This document shows positions 61,104 to 64,000 of a stretch of DNA of 64,000 nucleotides, piece after piece. The notes below the pieces were generated by a model that saw only the letters and a program-made list of their open reading frames with translations, ran no database searches and had not been told where the DNA came from. Both the position numbers and the translations under genes were made by a program. The stretch's first letter is position 1, and every line of letters starts with the position of its first letter. This DNA is from Pseudomonadota bacterium (GTDB lineage Bacteria > Desulfobacterota > Desulfobulbia > Desulfobulbales > SURF-16). Location of the stretch: the NCBI GenBank assembly GCA_018897105.1, contig JAHILF010000053.1:62056-126055 (forward strand). The letters run 5' to 3'.

Positions 61104-64000
61104 ATGATCAACCTGAATGGAATTATCAAAAAGATCCTTCATCTGGAAACCCTGCTCACCATCGGCGTCACCATCGTCATGGCCGGTGTCATCTATTTCA
61201 GCATCACCAATCAACGGGAGCATATCAGGGAAAGAATGACCACCTATGGCCAGGATATGAAATCATTGGCCTATGCGGGCATCAAACATCCCATGGCGCT
61301 GGGAGACAGCCCCTCGGTTGAAAAACAGCTGCTTGATATCGGCGATGAACTGGAGAACACGGAAATAGTCATCTGCGATTTTAACCAGCGCATTGTTTTT
61401 GCAACCAATAAAGATCGTATCGGGGCCGAGGTATCGACCTTTACCGGCAATCGGGCGACCCTGGCTGCCCTGAAAAATCTGCTGGAAACCGCCGTTCCCC
61501 CACGGATAAGCTATTTTGAAGAGGAGAAGGACGGCGTCAATTATCTGGTTACCATCCACAGCATTTATAATAACGAGGAATGCCATCACTGCCACGGCGA
61601 CTCACGCAAGGTTCTCGGCGGGCTGTTGACGAGACAATCCACTGATGCCACCTATCTGGCCATCGCCACCCTGCGGAATCATACCATTATAGCAAGCCTC
61701 ATCGGCATAGGCCTGCTGATTACCATCATCTATTTCCTGCTGGCCAGACTGGTGACCAAACCCATAACCGAGCTGGCCGCCAAGGCTGAAGAACTGGCCA
61801 AGGGGAATCTTTCCGTATCCGCCCCCGTTCATTCCTCGGACTCCATAGGTATCCTGGCCGGCAGCTTCAACAGCATGGTGAAAAGCATCAAAGATAAGAT
61901 TGAATATGCCAACAGCCTCAAAGAAGCCATTGCCGATCCGCTGGTTATCGTCGACACCAACATGGTTGTGACCTTTATTAACGGCTCATGCGCCAGATTA
62001 ACCGGATACAGCAAACAGGAAACCGAAGGAAAATTAACCTGCCGAGAGATATTAAAAAGCGATATCTGCTGCCAGGATGAGACCTGTGACGCTACCTGCC
62101 CCATCAAAAAATGTCTTGTCTCAGGAGAACCGGTCGAAGATATCAGAATCATCATCGAAAACAAAGAAGGTGCTCTCATTCCCGTCATGGCCAGTGCCAG
62201 CGCCCTGAAAGACGCCCAGGGCAATATCACGGGGGCGGTGCAGATATTCAGGGATATCAGTGATGTTCTCGAAGCTGAACGGCTGCGTTATATCCAGAGT
62301 ATCTCCGAAAGGGAGGAAGAGCAGCGCAAATATCTTGAGTTCAGGGCCGAGAATCTGCTCGTCATCCTGAAACAGGCCTCGGACGGCAATCTGCAGGCGC
62401 GGGCCGAGTACCATGAAAGCAATGAAGTCATGGACAAAATCGCCTGCCATACCAACCAGATGCTGGATAATCTGGAAAAAACGTACGAAAAAATTTCCTC
62501 CTTGAGCAAGGGACTGGAGCATGAGGTGGCGCACCGAACAGTCATGTTGCAGGAAAGAACCCTCATGCTGGAGCGGGCCATCAGAGACCTACGGGAACTC
62601 GACAGACTCAAGTCCGCCTTCCTGGCCAACATGTCCCATGAACTCAGAACCCCCATGAATTCCATCATCGGTTACACACAGCTGCTGCTGGACCGGATTG
62701 ACGGTGAAATAAACGAAGAACAGGAAAAGAGCTTGATGAAGGTAGAAAATAACGCCAAGCATCTCCTGCAATTAATCAACGACATCCTTGATATGTCGAA
62801 AATCGAATCAGGCAAAATAGAACTCGACATTCAAGAGACGGATTTCACCTCCATGCGAGACACCATCAGCACTTTTTTCCAACCGGTGTTGGATGCCAAG
62901 GGTCTCTACCTCTATTTTGATTTCGCCGATGATCTCCCTACCGTCTTCATTGATAAGGATAAAGTAAAACAAATATTTACCAATCTGGTGGGCAATGCCG
63001 TCAAATTTACCGACCATGGCGGCATCACCATTCACGCCAAACCATCGACCCTGGGCATTGCCCCTGATAAAGCCCCCTTGTTTGTCGAGATATGTGTGGA
63101 AGACAGCGGCATCGGCATAAAAAAAGATGATATGACAAAACTTTTTGACAAATTTACCCAGATAAACGTTTCCGCCAGCCGCCCCTATGAAGGAACCGGA
63201 CTTGGTCTCAGCATTGCCAGAGGCCTGGTGGTGCTGCACAAGGGAGTTATCTGGGTGGAGAGTGAATTCGGCAAGGGAAGCAGATTCTACTTTACCCTGC
63301 CGGCGCAAAAGAAGGTTATGGAAAAATCCAATGAACCTATCATAGAGCTGGCCATGGCGGAAAAACTGGCTGAATACTTTGAGAAACCTATCGATCTCTT
63401 TCTTAAGGAGCCATATTATCTCGGCAAACGGGTCAAATGCTGGGAATATGTCCATTGCGGGCAGACAAGCTGCCCCGCCTACGGCAATACGGAAAGACGC
63501 TGCTGGCTGATCTGCGGTGTTCACTGCAAAGGGGTTGAGGTGGCTAAATGGCCTGAAAAGGTGGAGTACTGCAAGACATGTGAAATCATCGAAAATCTCG
63601 TGGTCGGAGAATTTGCCCCGCATAAGAGGAAGGATGAGGACCTGGAAGCTAATGCAGCAGACAGAGGCATCAAAAAGACTATCCTCGTCATTGACGATAA
63701 CCCGGAGGTTATTGAACTGATCAGGAAAAATATCGGGGAGGACTATAACGTCTTAGGCCATTATACCGGTGAGGGCGCGGTTGAAAAGGCCAGGGAGATC
63801 AAGCCTGCGGCCATTACCCTGGATATCATGATGCCAGGCAAAGACGGCTGGGAGGTCCTGCAGGAATTAAAAAAAGATCCTGTTGTGCAGGATATTCCAG
63901 TTATCATCCTGTCCATTGTTGATGAAAAGAAAATAGGGTTTTCCCTGGGGGCGACCGAATATATGGTCAAACCGATTGACAAAAAAATACTGCTGCATAA
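61104..64000 (+). CDS. Hybrid sensor histidine kinase (periplasmic CxxCH, HAMP, Cys-rich PAS, HisKA, HATPase, CW-type Cys domain, REC); 3' end outside the window
   Basis: Not in the ORF track. One open frame from ATG 61104 contains ECHHCHG (61581), MSHELRTPMNSIIG (62631), NLVGNAVKFT, GTGLGL, CWEYVHC..CPAY..CWLICG (63438) and ILVIDD..LDIMMP..KP. Confidence 0.93.
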   Translation, partial: MINLNGIIKKILHLETLLTIGVTIVMAGVIYFSITNQREHIRERMTTYGQDMKSLAYAGIKHPMALGDSPSVEKQLLDIGDELENTEIVICDFNQRIVFATNKDRIGAEVSTFTGNRATLAALKNLLETAVPPRISYFEEEKDGVNYLVTIHSIYNNEECHHCHGDSRKVLGGLLTRQSTDATYLAIATLRNHTIIASLIGIGLLITIIYFLLARLVTKPITELAAKAEELAKGNLSVSAPVHSSDSIGILAGSFNSMVKSIKDKIEYANSLKEAIADPLVIVDTNMVVTFINGSCARLTGYSKQETEGKLTCREILKSDICCQDETCDATCPIKKCLVSGEPVEDIRIIIENKEGALIPVMASASALKDAQGNITGAVQIFRDISDVLEAERLRYIQSISEREEEQRKYLEFRAENLLVILKQASDGNLQARAEYHESNEVMDKIACHTNQMLDNLEKTYEKISSLSKGLEHEVAHRTVMLQERTLMLERAIRDLRELDRLKSAFLANMSHELRTPMNSIIGYTQLLLDRIDGEINEEQEKSLMKVENNAKHLLQLINDILDMSKIESGKIELDIQETDFTSMRDTISTFFQPVLDAKGLYLYFDFADDLPTVFIDKDKVKQIFTNLVGNAVKFTDHGGITIHAKPSTLGIAPDKAPLFVEICVEDSGIGIKKDDMTKLFDKFTQINVSASRPYEGTGLGLSIARGLVVLHKGVIWVESEFGKGSRFYFTLPAQKKVMEKSNEPIIELAMAEKLAEYFEKPIDLFLKEPYYLGKRVKCWEYVHCGQTSCPAYGNTERRCWLICGVHCKGVEVAKWPEKVEYCKTCEIIENLVVGEFAPHKRKDEDLEANAADRGIKKTILVIDDNPEVIELIRKNIGEDYNVLGHYTGEGAVEKAREIKPAAITLDIMMPGKDGWEVLQELKKDPVVQDIPVIILSIVDEKKIGFSLGATEYMVKPIDKKILLH

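Overview
A 64 kb bacterial chromosomal window. Gene content suggests an anaerobic Desulfobacterota member, plausibly Desulfobulbales (inference). Positions 1-28 kb are mostly housekeeping: Wood-Ljungdahl/C1 genes (cooS 5' part, folD, fhs) split by an orphan PilB-type ATPase carrying MshEN and cNMP-binding domains, thyX, nifU/nifS, uvrC, an ABC-ATPase/TOPRIM-like defence-type pair, leuB, trmJ, mutY, lpxB with a GnnA-like oxidoreductase, an NSS transporter, c-di-GMP genes and pgm. Positions 28-33 kb hold two uncharacterised acidic secreted proteins and a TlpA-type lipoprotein. Positions 33.8-64 kb form one co-oriented + strand block: a Wsp-like chemosensory operon ending in a diguanylate cyclase with a degenerate EAL domain, a complete N-ATPase operon (atpDCQRBEFAG) with a Na+-type c-subunit, and a multiheme cytochrome cluster. 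That cluster encodes a split CbcL-like quinol oxidoreductase, an NHL beta-propeller, 22-heme and 15-heme cytochromes, a tetraheme c554-like protein and a heme-c-bearing hybrid histidine kinase that runs off the window end. The strongest candidate for an undescribed system is this cluster, especially the 22-heme protein, which contains three concatenated OmcE-like tetraheme modules. Two MITE-like insertions share terminal inverted repeats and have 4-bp target duplications, and a duplicated leader with an anti-SD arm lies upstream of the MCP gene. No rRNA, tRNA, CRISPR array or transposase was recognised.
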